A DNA stretch of 64,000 nucleotides from Octopus vulgaris. Taxonomy: Eukaryota. The number at the start of each line of letters is the position of its first letter. Position 1 is the first letter of the stretch. Made by a program: the position numbers and the translations under genes. The stretch is from assembly GCA_951406725.2 (NCBI GenBank), contig OX597817.1, forward strand, positions 76,508,001 to 76,572,000, read 5' to 3'. Shown piece by piece: positions 13,812 through 27,140 of this stretch. The notes beneath the pieces are model-generated. The model worked only from the letters and a program-made list of their open reading frames with translations. It had not been told where the DNA came from and did not search any database.

Positions 13812-14673
13812 CAGGGTATTCGGGCTAAATTTGACAGCTCGCATTTAAAGAAAAGAAAACAATATCCCATCCAAAGTTAAAAGTATTTTTAAAAACTAAA
13901 GAACTGAACTAGATTATGGCTGGGAGATAATGGTTTACTCAAAACAGCTGCTCTCAGTTTTTATCAAAGCCTCAAAACGAGTCTGGAACTGGGCGCATGC
14001 TTTCTTCACTGTGTCCCCAGAAAGATTTTGGAATACCTCCTTGATCTTGGCCAGCAGCTCGGTCTTGGTGTTGTAGACGGTGCTGTTGGTGTCTTTTTCA
14101 ACCTTGCCCCACACGTAGTAATCCATTGGATTACAATAGAAGGAATTGCGAGGTCAGAAATTTGGGACTGGTAAAGTCGAATGTCTCTTACTTCCACTTT
14201 TGGCTCTTTAGGGACGTATGGCAAGGAGTCGAATCCTGCTGCCACAGATATGGCCTTCCAGCAGCAACCCTCTCCAGTCATGGTTTGACCAGAATTTCTA
14301 GCAGCTTCACATAGCCATCTTAATTTAATCTGAGACCCTGTTCAAAGATGTGAGGCGGTGTGACGTCACCTTCAATGAAGACAACCCAAAGACGATCAAA
14401 CTTTAGAGGAACTTTTTACAGCCTTTACAGTGTTGACAAAGTGTTGAGCAGCAATCATTATGTCAGCATTTCGATACACCGCGCATCATCATTATGATAT
14501 AGGTAAATTTTTTCCAATACTCAGGTGTTTTCCACTCCTCCATGTCAGCTAACTTTTTCTCAACTACCACTTTAATCTTTATGCTTTCCACTGTCATTGA
14601 CGGTGCACCAATACAAGAAGCTACTCTTGTAAAACGGAGACACAAAAACGTCAAATTTAACCCGAACACCCTG
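13812..14673 (-). mobile_element. Tc1/mariner (maT/DD37D-like) internally deleted transposon
   Basis: TIRs CAGGGTATTCGGGCTAAATTTGAC / GTCAAATTTAACCCGAACACCCTG, flanked by TA. Broken transposase with WQQDS..CH and CNPMDYYVWGKVEKDTN...RFEALIKTESSCFE*. Confidence 0.9.
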
Positions 14674-15419
14674 TATGCATATACACACACTTCAGGACGT
14701 CACCTAACGCGACAGGTACAGTGGATTTCTTTATTGCATGTATGGAAATAGCCACTACTTTTGACAGTGTATTTAAATTATCTATTATTCTCTATTGCTT
14801 ACAATTTCCATGTAGTGGTGAAATACATTCGGTTCTATTTATTTACTTATTCACATTTCAAAGTCTGTTATTATTGTTGATGCTCTCATTGTTATTTTAT
14901 TCGTCATTGTTGCTGAGATTGTGTCTAGCAAGCAGTTTATCATAATTCTAAAATTAAACTTTAAATAGAAGTAATTTTAAAAATCTATGCAGATGCATCT
15001 ATAGCCCTTTGCTGCCCCATTTGTCCTCAGTACCTATATCTTTACCTTCGCCTCGAGAGTAGGGGTTTCCACTCTAAGAAGCACTCCTCTATTTCATGTC
15101 TTCCCCTTCTTCCTTTCTCACTCACACATACCCATTCTCTCTTTCTCTCTCTCTCTCTCGCTCCACTTTTTCTCATCACAGAAATAATGAATCTCTTATT
15201 CTGTCTAGCAAATAAATTTCTTTAGAAATACTGGAGGAGGGAATCTATCTAACAATCTGCTTGTAGCCCGGTCATTCTCCTTACAAATACATACAACCGT
15301 GCATACATATATATTAAGCGCACGCACACACACAGATACACGCACTCCTGCATAGGATTAATAAAGTACACAAAACGTGAGTGATGTTTTAAACTTCTTC
15401 CTATGTGTGTGTATGTATA

Positions 15420-15633
15420 CGAGGGAGTGCTGAAAAGTTCTTGGCTTTGGATATAAAAGAATATACAGGACGATCAGCGAATTATGATTTTATTCATCAT
15501 ATTTCCCACTCAGATACACACACTTATTGCAGCGGTCCTTCAGTTTTTCTAAACCCTGTAAAGGTACTCTTGGGCCTCCAACCGGGCCTTTCGCGACACC
15601 CTTAAAGCCAGGCAATTTTCAGCACCCCTCCCC
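15420..15633. mobile_element. mariner-derived MITE
   Basis: TA|CGAGGGAGTGCTGAAAAGTTCTTGGCTTT ... AAAGCCAGGCAATTTTCAGCACCCCTC imperfect TIRs. Confidence 0.8.
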
Positions 15634-15703
<70 letters not shown>

Positions 15704-15785
15704 GTTTCACACATACATACGTACATTCATACATACATACATACATACCCACATACCAACATATTTGCATACATACACACATACA

Positions 15786-15831
<46 letters not shown>

Positions 15832-15943
15832 CATACATACATATATATACACACAAACACACACACATACACACACATATATACACATACATACATACAT
15901 ATGTGTGCAAGTTAACAATCTGTATATACTTAAAGTAGATATA

Positions 15944-16240
15944 GGTGTAAGTGTAAGATATTTGCTTCCCAGTCTCATGGTCCCGGGTTCAGTCCCAAAG
16001 CGCGGCAACTATAATCTCGGACTAATCAAAGACTTCTCAGTAGATTTGGTAGACGGAAATTGAATGAAGTCTATCGTATAAATGATGTCTATCGTGCGCG
16101 TACATGTATGCGTGGTTGTGTTTGTCCTCGGCCCACTATAACCACCCACAACTGCTTGATAACATGTTGGTTTGTTTACGTCCCCGAAGCTTAGGTATAC
16201 GGCAAAAATGGCCGATTGAATAAGTACCAGATTTAACTGT
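15944..16240 (+). mobile_element. SINE family B, diverged
   Basis: CCGGGTTCAGTCCCA...GATTTGGTAGACGGAAA...TTTACGTCCCCG...AATAAGTACCAG. Confidence 0.85.
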
Positions 16241-16574
16241 ATCTATACATACATACATACATAAACACACATACAAAACATACATGCACACACATATGTA
16301 CGTATGTATGTGTATACACACACACACACTTATATATATGCATGCCTTGTTGCTGATGATGATGATAATATGATGATGATAATGATAAAGGCGATGATGA
16401 GGATGCTGGTAATGTTCGGGTTAATGTTGCTGATAATGTTATAGATGAAAATAATGAAGAAATAGATTCGAACGAGGACGATGACCATGATGATGATGAG
16501 GAGGAGGAGGGGGAGGATGACGATGATATGTGTAATAATGATAATGGTAATAAAGATCATTATTATTATTAGGT

Positions 16575-16621
<47 letters not shown>

Positions 16622-17414
16622 GTGAAGGGTTTTCTTCTGACTTACTGCCAATTCAGAAACTTCTCACCAAACCGATCAAACCAAGCTGAGACTTCACCCG
16701 CCGGCACCTCTTCCCCACTATCACCTCCACCCACTAGAATCACCACCACTACAACCACCTCCACCCTCCATCATCATCATTATCATCATTGTCAGCATCA
16801 TCATCGTCGCCACCACGAAAGGTATTCTTATGACTCCCTACATCACACCACCACTTCCAACCCCATAGAAACTACCACCACCACCACCACACCCATCACC
16901 ATCACCACCATCAGGCTTAATATTAATCAGAACAAAACCGGCCACCTGATCGTCCAACTTGATTGACCGTCCGTCCAAACGAACCAACATGTTAAATCTC
17001 TCTCTATCTCACACTCTCTCTCTAGACGCACTCACAAACGCTGACACACACACACACACACACATATAGAAGCTCTGGCCGGCCAAAAAATGCTGCCTGC
17101 CTCTCCGTCCTTGTCTCGATGTCTATCAATCCATCAGCCTGACTATCTCCTCTGTCTGTCTGTCTGTCCGTCTCACTGACTGCGTTTTACCCAGTATCAG
17201 AATGGATGATTTTTTTCTAATCATTCTTTCATATTTTTTTTACTGCTGTCATATCATATAAATGTATCTATATATACAGGCATATATATACTGATGTTTT
17301 ACTTATATACATACACCACACACACACACACACACACTACAACACTCTACACTAAATACACACATACACACATATCAATATATACATAGATATATGCACA
17401 CTCACATACATACA

Positions 17415-17473
<59 letters not shown>

Positions 17474-17656
17474 GCATAAAGGTTTGTGCGTTTGTTGTTT
17501 GGGTTACGCAGGAATTTTTCTGGGTTTTTTAGGTGCTTGCAGTTTTTGAAAGTTATTTTTCTATTTTAATATTTTTCTGTGTTCCTCGTAATTTTATATA
17601 TATGTTCTCTTTTATCCACATTTCATGTATGCTTAATATGTACATGTGTATGTATG

Positions 17657-17842
<186 letters not shown>

Positions 17843-17878
17843 CATATATAAATATATATATATGTATGTTTATATATA

Positions 17879-17934
<56 letters not shown>

Positions 17935-18005
17935 CATATATACACATATTACAATAGTTATACATGCTTACATTACATACATCCTATTACGATGTACATG
18001 CAAAT

Positions 18006-18104
<99 letters not shown>

Positions 18105-18369
18105 ATATATATATATATACATATATATATATACATATATATACGTGCATATAGTTATTATGCAGACAAACCACTTTACTAGTCATTCCATTGCCATTTC
18201 TCTTTGATTTTGTACCATATATATATACATACAAACAAACACACACATGTGTATACATACGTATATATATACACACATATATAATTACTATGCCTATGCA
18301 GGCAAACAACTTCGCTATCCGTTGCTATTTCACTTTAACTTTGTCCCATTAGCTATCAATGCCACCAAA

Positions 18370-18476
18370 GCTACAATTTATCCATAACCCCTAACACATG
18401 CACTAGCACTACCCCAATAGCCACAACAACAAGAACAACAATAAGAAAAACAATAAGAAGAACCACAACAACAATA

Positions 18477-18566
<90 letters not shown>

Positions 18567-19633
18567 ACTACTAACGATACCATCAGCACACCACTCACTA
18601 TCATTGCCACAATCACTATTATAATCAGTATTAACAATATTCACATGTCTACTATTACAACAATCATCATCATGAGCAGTACCGGCAGCAAAACCAAAAC
18701 AACTACCACTATCCTCTTCCTCTCACTCCTTCTCTTCATCATCATCATCATCATTACCTTCCTAATCATAATCCTTATCATCATCGCCATCGTCGTCTTC
18801 GTCATCATCATCATCGTTATTACTAGCACCACTATCCTCACCACAACCACTATCACCACTTCCCTCAATACCACCACCATTACCACCACTACCATCACCG
18901 CCACCACTATTACCACCACCACTACTACTACAACTACTACTACAACCTCCTCCGCCACCGCCACCACCACCACCACCACCTTCACCGACGCCGCCACCAC
19001 TATTACCACCACTACCACTTCTGGCACCATTACAATCATCATCATCACCACCACAACCACCACCACAACAACAGTCTGCTTTTCCTTCTCCATTTCATGA
19101 TCATGATCATGATTATGATCATCACCATCATCATCATTACAATCAACATCATCTCCATCACTACCATCACCATCATCATCATAACCATCTACATCATCCA
19201 TCCATCCATCCATCCATCCATCCACCCAGTGCCCATCGCTAATCGACACAATACCGCCATTAACATCGACCATTATAAAAACCACGTATAATTAGCACAA
19301 TCTCCATTAATGCTACTATCTACGTGGCCACCAATGAAATACCAACGCTACCTACAACAAGCACAACACCTATAACCGCACCGCCACTACCCCGCAAAGC
19401 TCTGACCTCAAACTACATCACTCTGCTTGTACGCCACAAAGTACTGCGCCATGCCACGCCATAGTACGTTGAACATTACAAATATTGTTAATACTACGAT
19501 GGAAGCGTTTCAACTGCGTTGCATCGCCGCTGTTATTTCTGTGTTTTGCTTCATCCCCGCCAACGGTATCGCTGCCGTCGCCGCCGCCGCCGCCGCCACC
19601 ACCACCGCCACCACAACCGCCGCCGCCGCCGCC

Positions 19634-19664
<31 letters not shown>

Positions 19665-19830
19665 CCACCACCTCCACCGCCGCCGCCGCCACCACTACCA
19701 CCACCACCACCGCAATCACCACGGTTAGCAAACACTGCCATCACCACTACCACCAGAGCTGACAACAGTCAACGCCACAAGTACCACTACTACCGGTACC
19801 ACCACCACCGCCACCACCATCTCACCTACT
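18370..19830. repeat. Degenerate triplet-repeat field (CAC/CAT/TAC/GCC)
   Basis: Directly visible; interrupted by more complex sequence at about 19230-19570. Confidence 0.85.
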
Positions 19831-20011
19831 AATTGTTTCTTTTATTTGCCACCAGGGCGAAGAATGAGGGGGGAAACAACAACAACAATTTACGTCGACA
19901 ACAAAACAACTATTTCCGTCGAAAACCTCATCATTAGCCCGAATTCCACATCCTACGAACATTGCATTACACCACTACAACTATCACCATATACATACGT
20001 ACATACATAGT

Positions 20012-20059
<48 letters not shown>

Positions 20060-20108
20060 GTATACATATATGTGTGTGTCTATATATACATATGTATATA
20101 TATGTATG

Positions 20109-20140
<32 letters not shown>

Positions 20141-20195
20141 CATATGCATAAATATATATACATGCATATATATAAATATGCATCTATATATATAT

Positions 20196-20258
<63 letters not shown>

Positions 20259-20460
20259 GGGTAGGCCGGTTTATGGGGTTACCCTGGGTTTCTCGCTCAT
20301 AAGGGGTTTAGCCAGTATCTTCAGACCCCAAACACTGCTGGCCTGAGACCTTTTTAAAATATGGAGAGAGAAAAGCCTCGTTTTTACGAGTAAATCCCGA
20401 GGTGATTATCTCCCTTCGCCGTTGTCCATCGATCTTTGGCCGCGCTGCCATCTTGCGGTA

Positions 20461-20695
20461 TACGACGGGCTTCTTTCAGTTTCCGTCTACCAAATTCACT
20501 TAAAAGACTTTGGTCAGCCCGAGGAAGCCACTTGCTCTACGTGCCAAGATCACGTGGCTAAGAAGTAAGCTTCTTTGTCACACAGCCACACCTGCGCCGA
20601 AAGGGTGGAAAGTAAAGTTGAGCTCGGCAGTATTTGAACTCAGACCTTAGAACCTAAAAAGCTTGAAGAGATGCCGCTCAGCATTTAGTCTGATA
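20461..20695 (-). mobile_element. SINE-B left half (20461-20599) abutting a diverged SINE-A fragment
   Basis: TACGACGGGCTTCTTTCAGTTTCCGTCTACC...CACACCTGCGCC, then GAAAGTAAAGTTGAGCTCGGC..TTTGAACTCAGA. Confidence 0.8.
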
Positions 20696-20867
20696 TGCAA
20701 GAAACCGTAACCAAATCTCTCTTATTAGAAAAGGACGTTTGGTTCCATTTATAGTGGAATGGAAGACGTGATGGTCACCGTTGGAATGTTTTTGCTATGA
20801 GCAGAAGCAAGTCTTCTCGATCAGCTTTACCTTGGAGCTACATAACACAAACAACAATACCAACACC

Positions 20868-20975
20868 ACCGACGTCAGCACTGCCGCCGACGTCAACATC
20901 GCCACCGACGCCAGCGCCGCCGCCGACGCCAGCACCGCCGCCGACGCCAGCACAGACGCCGACGCCAGCACTGTC
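20868..20975. repeat. GC-rich 18-bp minisatellite, 6 units (GCCGACGCCAGCACCGCC-like)
   Basis: Six consecutive 18-mers. Confidence 0.85.
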
Positions 20976-21035
20976 ACCACCACCACCAACAACAACAACA
21001 ACAACAACAACACTGGTTTCGATGTTGCCATTACC

Positions 21036-21266
21036 TATTTCTTTATTACCCACAAGGGGCTAAACACAGAGAGGACAAACAAGGACAGACATAGGTATTA
21101 AGTCGATTACATCGACCCCAGTGCGTAACTGGTACTTAGTTTATCGACCCCGAAAGGGTGAAAGGCAAAGTCGACCTCGGCGGAATTTGAACTCACAACG
21201 TAACGGCAGACAAAATACCGCTAAGCATTTCGCCCGGCGTGCTAACGGTTCTGCCAGCTCGCCGCC
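21036..21266 (-). mobile_element. Full-length young SINE family A with TSD
   Basis: Complete reverse-complement copy. TTGCCATTACC is duplicated at 21025-21035 and 21272-21282. Confidence 0.93.
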
Positions 21267-21771
21267 TTTGATTGCCATTACCACCACCACACCATCGTTA
21301 TCATCTCTACACTCGCCATAATGATCATCGCCACCACCTCCAGTACTACTACCAATACAACCACCAACACTAGCATCCTCACCACCACCACCACCACCAC
21401 CATCACCACCATCACCACCATCACCTCAAACAAAAACAGCAACTACAACACTATTATTTCTACCACAACCGGACACTAGTAGCAAACACTACTGTAATCA
21501 CCACCACCACCACCTTGCTGTGTCAGGGTTGTTATCGATGCATTTCAGTATCATCACCTTTCAAGCGATTCCCATCCTCACCTCCCTCAGCCATTAAAAG
21601 CATTAGAAGCATCCTGCATTTAATACCATCACAACCACCACCAGCACCGCCACCACCACTACCAGCACCGCCACCACCACTACCAGCACCGCCACCACCA
21701 CCACTAGCACCAAACTGCTACTACGTCCACCGCCACATCAGTAACAGAGAACTACCATTACAACCATCTCC

Positions 21772-23010
21772 GGCAGAATCGTTAACGCGTATTTCTTCCG
21801 GCTCTTTAGATTCTGAGTTCAAATTGCGGCGAGGTCAATTTTGCATTTTATCCTTGCGGTCTCGATGAAACAAGCACCAGTTGAGCCCTGGGGATCGACG
21901 CAATCGACTAGTCTCCTCCCGCAAATCTTAGGCCTTGAGCCTATAATGGAAAGTATTAACAAGGAAGCAAGTTGGCAGAATCGTTACCGTGCCGGACAAA
22001 ATGCAAAATGTCGCCGGGGGCAACTTTGCCTTTCCTGCGTTCGAGGTCGATGAAACAAATACCAGTCGGTCACTGGAGTCGATGTTATCGACTAACACCC
22101 ACGCCCCAGTAATTGCTGGCCAAACATTTAAAATCATTATTAAAGCGGCAAACTGACAGACTTCTTAGAGGTATTTATTCCGGATTTTTACATTCCGTTC
22201 AAATTCCACCAGGGCCGACGTCGCCTTTCATCCTTTCAGGATTGATAAAAATATGTACCAGCTGAGCACTGGAGTAGATGTAATCGACATAGACCTCCCC
22301 TAATATTGCTGGCCTTGTACCTAAAGGTATCATCATTACTATTGTTATTACTGAGGTGGCGAGCTGGGAGAACTTTTAGCATACCGGACATTTCGTCCGT
22401 CTTTACGTTCTGAGTTCAAATTCTGTTGCGTTCCACTTTGCCTTTCATCCTTTCCGAGTCGCTGAAATAATACCAGTTACACACTTGGGTCGATGTAATC
22501 GACTAGCCCCGCGCATAGAATTGCAGGCCTTTTGAATACATTATTATTATGAAAAGCCCTTGTAGAAAAGATTATTATTATCATTAGTACTGAGTCAGTG
22601 AGCACGCTGGGCAAAATGCTTAGCGGCATTTCGTCCGTCCTCATTCTCTGAGTTCAAATTTCGCCGAGGTCAACTTTGCCTTTCATCCTTTCGACGGTCG
22701 ATAAATTAAGTACCATTTGAGAACCGGAGCCGATGTAATCGACTAGTCCCTTCCACAAAACTTCAGGCCATTGCTATTAATAAGGCGATGAGCTGGCAGA
22801 AACGTTAGCACGCCGAGCAAAATGCCTGCCTCATCTTCATCATCATTTCGTCCCTCTTTATGCTCTGAGTTCAAATTCTGCTGTGTTCGACTTTGCCTTT
22901 CATCCTTTCGGAATCGATAAATTAAGTAGCAGTGAAACACTGAGGTCGATGTAATAGACTAGCCCCCATACCCAAATTTCAGGCCGTATGTCTTTAGTAA
23001 AAAGGATTAT
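21772..23010 (+). mobile_element. Head-to-tail cluster of ~6 diverged SINE-A copies
   Basis: Repeated GGCAGAA.CGTTA...GAGTTCAAAT...TTTGCCTTTCATCC...GTCGATGTAATCGACTAG units starting near 21772, 21968, 22144, 22353, 22590 and 22784. Confidence 0.88.
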
Positions 23011-23038
23011 TATAATTATCATGCGTACTAGGATCTCC

Positions 23039-23425
23039 GTGGAGGCGCAATGGCCCAGTGGTTTGGGCAGCGGACTCGCGGTCGTAGGATCGTAGGATCG
23101 CGGTTTCGATTCCAAGACCAGGCGTTGTGAGTGTTTATTAAGCTAAATCACCTAAAGCTCTACGAGGTTCCGACAGGGAGTAGTGGTGAACACTGCTGCA
23201 CTCTTTCACCACAACTTTCTCTTACTCTTCCTGTTTCTGTTGTACCTGTATTTCAAAGGGCCAGCCTTGTTACACTCTGTGTCACGTTGAATCTCCTCGG
23301 GAACTACGTTAAGGGTACACGTGTCAGTGGAGTGCTCAGCTATTTGCACGTTAATTTCACGAGCAGGCTGTTCTGTTGATCGGATCAACTGAAGTCCTCG
23401 TCGTCGTAACCGACGGAGTAACATG
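23039..23425 (+). mobile_element. tRNA(Arg)-like-headed SINE, family C, full length with 12-bp TSD
   Basis: A box TGGCCCAGTGG, B box GGTTTCGATTCC. TSD ACTAGGATCTCC at 23027-23038 and 23426-23437. Confidence 0.92.
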
Positions 23426-23439
23426 ACTAGGATCTCCAC

Positions 23440-24556
23440 CAGCGATCACTTTACCAACAGCAGCATAATCATCACAGCCTACAACAACAACAATAATAAT
23501 ACTACATCACTGTAGCCGCCATCCACCAACACCATCGCTGAAGCTTTTTCATTGTTATCTATTATTGTATCATCCCCATCAGCTTTATCATCAACATCAA
23601 TATTACAATAATCATCATGGCCACAATGAATCACCTGCATCATCAGCATTATCATCATCATCGTCAGCAGCAGTAGCAAAAGCAATAACACCGCCGCCAC
23701 CTTTACCACCACCACCACATATCATCATCATCATCATCAGTGCCATCATCCTTCCTCATCCAACACTATCAAAAGGAGCCCCATCATCATCAGCAGCAGT
23801 AACACCACCACTTCTATCATCAACACCTAAGTACAAGCGCCACCACAAGCGCCACCACCACCACTACCACCGCCACCACCACCACCAAAACTATCACTAC
23901 AACTACTACCACCGACAAAACCACTACCGCTACCACTAACAGGAGCCTCATCATCATCAGTAGCAGTAGCAGTAGCAGCACCACTCCCTCGCCAAAAGGT
24001 AAGCCAGTACAACCACCACCACCACTACCACCAACTCCATCGCCAATCACCCAATAACATTACTGTCACTATTAATACCATTACAACTGGAACCAACACC
24101 ATCTCCATATAACAATTATATAACTAGCACCATTAGTACAACTAGAAGTACCGCCACCAACACCATCACCACTACCGCCACCAACACCATCACCACTACC
24201 ACCATCACAAGCATCACCACCACCACCACCACACAAGCATCACGCCACCACCACCACCACAACCATCATCACTACCACCACAAACAACACCACCGCCACA
24301 AGCGTAATCACCAACACCACCACTACCACAAGCATCACCGCCACCACCACTAACACCACCACAACAAGAGGTACCGCCGCCACCACTACTACGATCACTA
24401 CTGCCGTCACCACAGTATCACCACCACCACCACCACCACCACCACCTCCACTACCACAAACTCCACCACCGGAAACACCACCACCACCACAAGCATCACC
24501 GCTACCACCGCTACCACACTCACCACCACCACCACCACCACCACCACCACCATATT

Positions 24557-24607
<51 letters not shown>

Positions 24608-24720
24608 AACTACTACTACTACTACTACTAGTGCTAGAAACTTACCACCGCAACATCAATTATCAATGGCACCACTATCATTGCTGTAACCGCCACCACC
24701 ACCACCACCACCACGTCTAC
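23440..24720. repeat. Degenerate (CAC/CAT/TAC)n field
   Basis: Directly visible. Confidence 0.9.
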
Positions 24721-25084
24721 CCACAATCCTTTGCGCCTCTTTATTTATCCAACACCCACAAAATTCATTTTCTTGATTGTCTATGTTTAGTGTTTGATTT
24801 ATAAAAACGAAAAAGAAAAAAACAAGATCGATAATGATCACCATTTGATCTCTCGTCCTGTTGTCGTCATCGTTGTTGTTGTTATTGACTTGACAGGTCA
24901 CTCTTGATTGAAGAGATCTATGATCAAAGGTATTCCGGCCATGACAGTCCCTCAAGTACAGTGTAATTAGTGTAGTAATTAAGACCACATTATCTAATGC
25001 GTTCTGTGTGCTGTTTTGTTTTTCTCTATAAGTCATAGCGTGTGATTGTGAGGGATATTAGGCTAATGTTTCTACCGGACAAAA

Positions 25085-25285
25085 GTGGTGAGCTGGCAGA
25101 ATTGTTAACACGCCGAGTAAAATGCTTAGTGGCATTTCGTCTGTCATTACGTCCTGAGTTCAAATTCTGCCGGGGTCGACTTTGATTTTCATCCTTTTGG
25201 GGTCAATAAAATACGAAGCGGTATCAAAAGGTTCTCGGACTCTTTTACTTGTTTCAGTCATTTGACTGCGGCCATGCTCTAAAGA
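25085..25285 (+). mobile_element. SINE-A 5' portion followed by a short SINE-B tail fragment in the opposite orientation
   Basis: GGTGAGCTGGCAGAA...GGGGTCAATAAA, then TTTCAGTCATTTGACTGCGGCCATGCT. Confidence 0.8.
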
Positions 25286-25298
25286 CTTTGTATGTATG

Positions 25299-25330
<32 letters not shown>

Positions 25331-25520
25331 CGGTGTATATAATGTGCTGGTGATTTTCACCCATATAATTTTGCACTAAAACTTCGCTAACTTCCCATAT
25401 TTGTTTCTTTAAAGTATTGAAGTTATTAAGTATATTGAACCCTTTATTCATTTACTTTCTCCTACATCGTGAATGGGTGTTTTAGGAATCATTGACCACA
25501 TCTAGCCTGCATTACCTTGT

Positions 25521-25640
25521 TGATGCTTAAATCCGGCTCCGGAAATCTAGTTGATACTTAAATCTAGTCTGCGAAAATCTAGTTTATGATTAAATCTGGT
25601 CCGAGAAAATCTAGTTAATGCTTCATTTCGGGCTGCAGAA
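25521..25640. repeat. ~32-bp tandem repeat x4 (TGATRCTTAAATC...GAAATCTAGT)
   Basis: AAATCTAGT recurs with 16/32-bp periodicity. Confidence 0.75.
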
Positions 25641-25830
25641 CCGGACGACTTTGACGCTCCTATGTTAAATGTTCTTGCTGTTTATGTTATTCTTGATATC
25701 CTCGTCATAGTCCCTACCGCCATTACTGCCGGCATCGCAATTACCATCCCTGCCGCCTCGTCGCTGCCGCCGTCGCCGTCATAATCCTCGACGGCAAAAT
25801 GTTCATCAGTTATATCATATTTAGTACTTA

Positions 25831-26400
25831 AGTTCAGCAAAACAATTTAGATTCAAATGAATATGGTACTTAATTTAGATGCACCAGAATTTTTAATGGT
25901 ATTACCCATAAAATTATGTGGGGTGATTATAACCAAAAAATAAGCAACAGGAATGGATCCGGTAATTTAGTACAATTGTTTCATACTATAACAATTTATT
26001 AAAGCTGCAAATATAATATGTCAAGTAATCTTCAGCTAATTTCATATAGGTTTTCCAATAATGTAAAGTTCTCAAATCAATTAGTAACATCTTAGAGAGT
26101 GAAAATATACCGATAAAGTTGTAGATGTGAGTTTCAGGAACTTGAAGTAAGATGCCAAGCAAACCAAGTTTGAGTTCATATATGCTTTCCAACAATGTAA
26201 AGTTCTCAAATTAATTAGTGACATCCCAGAGAAGGTAAATATACCGATAAAGTTGTGGATATGAATTTCAGGAAACATGAAGAAAGATGTCAATCAAACC
26301 AAGATTAAGTTCGCATCTAACTGCAGCTTTAATAAATTGTTATAGTATGAAACAATTGTACTAAATTACCGGATCCATTCTTGTTGCTTATTTTTTGGTT
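25831..26400. mobile_element. Fold-back element with ~80-bp near-perfect inverted repeats, an internal ~135-bp tandem duplication and 14-bp flanking direct repeats
   Basis: About 25928-26009 is the reverse complement of about 26322-26403 (1 mismatch seen). ATATTTAGTACTTA occurs at 25817-25830 and 26401-26414. Confidence 0.8.
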
Positions 26401-26572
26401 ATATTTAGTACTTAGGTATATTAATATCATTAAATAATTATTTGTTGGACAAAATGAGGGCCATTTGGGCATTATTGTTGGGCTATGACTAGGGCATCAG
26501 TTTGACATTAATGTTGATATAGTTAATGCTATTGGTACTGTCATTCCTCTTGTTGTTATTAGTGCTGTTTGT

Positions 26573-26852
26573 GGGCGAGCTGTCAGAATCGTTAATACGT
26601 CGAGTGAAATGCTTAGCAGTATTTCGCCTGCCGCTACGTTCTGAGTTCAAATTCCGCCGAGGTCGACTTTGCCTGTCATCCTTTCGGGGTCGATTAAATA
26701 AGAACCAGTTACGCACTGGGGTCGATATAATCGACTTAATCCGTTTGTCTGTCCTTGTTTGTCCTCTCTGTGTGGGTATTAAAGAAATAGGTATTTCGTC
26801 TGCCGTTAAGTTCTGAGTTCAAATTCCGCCGAGGTCGACTTTGCCTTTCATC
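26573..26852 (+). mobile_element. SINE family A, full copy plus partial tandem duplicate
   Basis: Full unit at 26573-26790; GGTATTTCGTCTGCCG...TTTCATCC is repeated at 26790-26853. Confidence 0.9.
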
Positions 26853-26891
26853 CCAAGATTCCGAGTTCAATCCCAGGCAGTGACCTGAATG

Positions 26892-26979
<88 letters not shown>

Positions 26980-27140
26980 CAACAACAACAACATCGAAAA
27001 ATACCTCAGGAATGAGAACCCAGGTTCGAAATTTCCCTAAGACACCATATGAAGGATGGTGGTTATATCAGCCGAAACGATGTATTAACAACAAACACGA
27101 TGAGGACAAATATCCATCAAATGTAAATAATGTATATAAT
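26853..27140 (+). mobile_element. SINE-like element: B-box-like head, internal (AAT)n, decayed hammerhead-like motif
   Basis: CCGAGTTCAATCCC; (AAT)n; ACAC-CATATGAA-GGATG..CAGCC-GAAAC-GAT-GTAT; AATGTAAATAATGTATAT tail. Confidence 0.6.

Noticed and set aside
20781-21101. Antifreeze-like ADASTA repeat protein
   Set aside because: It is an 18-bp minisatellite. The ORF has no true ATG start and runs from an old repeat into an antisense SINE.
23039-23125. tRNA-Arg-like gene (also 31383-31455)
   Set aside because: These are SINE heads. The cloverleaf is imperfect, they continue into SINE bodies, and the 23039 copy is bounded by a TSD.
25521-25640. CRISPR-like periodicity (also 55833-55930)
   Set aside because: These are contiguous degenerate tandem units with no unique spacers and no cas genes, in a eukaryotic context.
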